Made by a program: the position numbers and the translations under genes
The notes under the pieces: model-generated
Seen by the model: the letters and a program-made list of their open reading frames with translations, nothing else
Told to the model about the DNA's origin: nothing
Databases searched by the model: none
Source: Camelus dromedarius
Lineage: Eukaryota
Direction of reading: 5' to 3'
Length of the DNA: 64,000 bases
Assembly (NCBI RefSeq): GCF_036321535.1
Contig: NC_087440.1
Span: 1,860,001 to 1,924,000, forward strand
Shown here: piece after piece, positions 61,451 through 64,000 of the stretch
Layout: each line of letters starts with the position of its first letter
Position numbering within the stretch: the stretch's first letter is position 1

Positions 61451-61461
61451 TACTCTCATAC

Positions 61462-61716
61462 CTTTGAATACTTGTTACAATGTTCAGAAGAGAGAATCAA
61501 TCCAGGTAAATTACTGGGTAAGTCAAGACGTCTAAAATACCACACCAGGTTCCAAAAAACAATTGGATGATGGTCCACAAAATCTGCCACTGTTATTGCA
61601 TGATCGCCTTCATTTTCCAATAAGCTTTCAAGCTCCTTCCACACCACTAAAGGACTAAGATACGGAACAGTGATAGGATCTGGACTTGGGAGGTGCCATT
61701 CTAACCCTAAAGAATC
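61462..61716 (-). CDS. DENND4A: DENND4A exon (255 nt, [14 protein letters not shown]...SEHCNKYSK)
   Basis: caacAG| ... AAG|GTATGA; phase 0/0. Confidence 0.96.
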
Positions 61717-61975
61717 CTGTTGAATAAACAAAAACCATAAATGGCAATTACAATATTGATGATACTGAATGATTAAAAAACACTCCTGTCAATGATTTCC
61801 AAGTAAGTAAAAATGTAACTGTATCATGCAACGAGAGACTCTGCTCAACAGTAATAAAAATCGAAACTAAGAAGGCTGTTTAGCACATGGGGAACAAAGT
61901 CTTATGTAAATTATCAATGTCCAAATTGTAAAAACAACAACAACAACAACAACAAAAAAACACCAAAATACATAC

Positions 61976-62174
61976 TGTAGCTCCTTGTAAAGTAGCTGGC
62001 AGGCTGCCTGTAGGAATGATCTTCTGCCCTCCAGCGTCCTCCTTACCCAAGGGGCCGTAAGAACTAACACTCCTGGCCATTGGAAATATCGGACATTTTG
62101 ACATAGCTGTTTTTGATCTGTCAGCAGGGATCTGAATACTTTGTGAACACGTATTTTCCAGAAGTTTAGATTTG
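61976..62174 (-). CDS. DENND4A: DENND4A exon (199 nt, (S)KSKLLENTCS...LPATLQGAT)
   Basis: cccaAG| ... ACA|GTATGT; phase 2/0. Confidence 0.93.
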
Positions 62175-63220
62175 CTTGGGCATTGAAAAAAGAAAAAAAG
62201 CATATCACTGTCTAGATTTACTTTATTTTGTCTAGCACAGAGAATTTCTCTTTAGAATCAGAGCTAGGCACAGCCAAGTAAAACAAAGGAAAGATGCTAC
62301 TCGGGCTTCGGCTGGGAAACAGGATTTAGTTTACAGTAGTCTAGTCATGTTCAATTTCCTTTCTATCCAGTGAACTTTAAATATTCAAGAGTCACTCATT
62401 TTTATTCAAAACATTTAGCGGACAGCTTTTCATACTGCAGGAACCACAACAGGGCCAGAGGATACAAAGCAGAAAACATCGGCACCTATTCCTTCAAGAG
62501 TCAGAGCTAGTGGGAGACAGTCAGAGAAAGGGCTAGCGGACCTATGATGGAAGAAGGTGCACACACAGCTCTGCCGTTCTGCAGCCTAAGCATATTCATG
62601 ATCAAACAGGGCACCCGCCTGCCAGTATTAAGCAGGCGTTTTCCTTTTCACATTCAGTTACCACTGTGGCTTCATCTGCCCAGCTATATGCAGCGTGCTT
62701 GGCACTTCTCCAAACAGGAGTGCATTTCTGTATTTGTTTTAAGCAAAGACTTACTTATATTAGGCTTACTGTATAAACCTTAGCTTAATTTTACAGTCCC
62801 TCTATCAGTTCCAGATGTTTTCTCAGGCTATTAAATATTCCAAGGTAGAAAATTAAATATTCCAAAGTAGAAGTAAGTTAGTCTGACTTGATTCCTCAAG
62901 AGTAGAGATAGGAGAAAGATGTTCATTATGAACTTCAAGTGTTCTCCAGAATTTTTACCTTTAAAATAATGGTACACATTATCATTATGAATTATACAGC
63001 TAAAACTTTGGGGATTCATAAAGCATAAACTATTAACTGTTTAAACATTTAGGTCATTAGAGAGAATTTTAAGACTGTTTTAAAGGAATAAGAATTTAAG
63101 ATTAGGAATCTCTTATATATAAAAATTTAAACCTTAAAATGGTCAGCTAATTTTTCTGTCATTATTGGAAACACGTGCAATATATGTTGTTAAAATGTAG
63201 TTCCACATAATCATAATTAC

Positions 63221-63364
63221 CTATTTAGATCAAAAGTCCGCTGAACAGAGATAACAGATTTGTCAAGATCAGAGGCTGATGTTGAGATACAAGATGGCCT
63301 TGTCTGACTTGAAAAGGACGGAAGATGCATATTTTCTGTAGATGGGCTTGACTTCAAAAAGTAT
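63221..63364 (-). CDS. DENND4A: DENND4A exon (144 nt, (R)YFLKSSPSTENMHLPS...QRTFDLN)
   Basis: ccttacAG| ... AG|GTAATT; phase 2/2. Confidence 0.93.
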
Positions 63365-63456
63365 CTGTAAGGTGAATCAAAGGAGCTTTTTGAGAAAAGA
63401 GATATTCTAGGAAACATGATCCTTAAACATGAAGGGAAAAAAGCATAAATCGTTAC

Positions 63457-63632
63457 CTTCCAGGGCGTCTTAAATCTCTTATTTCGATATTCAGGAAGGG
63501 CAAGAAAAGATTGCCACAGAATGGGCACGTAGTATTGAGATTTGAGTCGTCTGCTGTCCAGCCAGCCATGATCTCCTCATCATGGACAAGACAGTCACAG
63601 GTTCTGCACCGAGAGCAGCTGGAGATGAGAAC
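63457..63632 (-). CDS. DENND4A: DENND4A exon (176 nt, [58 protein letters not shown])
   Basis: ccctAG| ... AG|GTAACG; 92-nt intron to the next exon; this frame is absent from the ORF track. Confidence 0.95.
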
Positions 63633-64000
63633 CTAGGGGAGGAAGCAGCGCTTCGTCAAGTAAGCCAGTTGGTGCATATCATGAAGTAACCACCAGTTCA
63701 ATTCATAAATCTATTGGAAAACTAAAACTCAGGATTGAGAAGTGGCAAACAAAAAATGGATTACATTCAGTACATTATATAATACACTCATCTTTAACTA
63801 TTTCAGCTAAATCTATTACAGAATTATTGCCTGAAAGGGAAACTTCCATTTAAGTGAGCATTTTTACCATTATAATTACTAAAAAAATCTGCCATCATTT
63901 TATTAATGGAAAAGTAAACCCAAGCATTAATTTGTTAATACCCAAAACAGGCACTGGTAACAGGTTACAGATCTGGGCTGCTCACAGTATGGTCAACCAG

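Overview
Mammalian genomic DNA, probably camelid (inferred from five copies of a short tRNA-derived SINE resembling the camelid vic-1 type), syntenic with the human INTS14-SLC24A1-DENND4A locus. Left to right: the first coding exon of INTS14/VWA9 (minus) and its CpG-island promoter, head-to-head with SLC24A1. Next is a ~6.7 kb decayed two-LTR endogenous retroelement. The complete SLC24A1/NCKX1 coding sequence follows (plus; 9 coding exons, 3537 nt, 1178 aa by my splicing). The last 8 coding exons of DENND4A (minus) converge tail-to-tail with it. All exon boundaries were read by hand, are GT-AG and are phase-consistent. I found no evidence of a new multi-gene system. The most unusual observations are: (1) a SINE whose perfect 16-bp target-site duplication copies a DENND4A 5' splice site and places four AATAAA hexamers just behind an in-frame TGA; (2) a recent 4 x 84-bp coding repeat expansion in the NCKX1 acidic loop; (3) a 177-bp polyadenylated, TSD-flanked retrocopy of unknown origin nested in the ERV; (4) an in-frame uORF stopping 9 nt before the SLC24A1 ATG. 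Gene and repeat names come from recognition, not from database searches.
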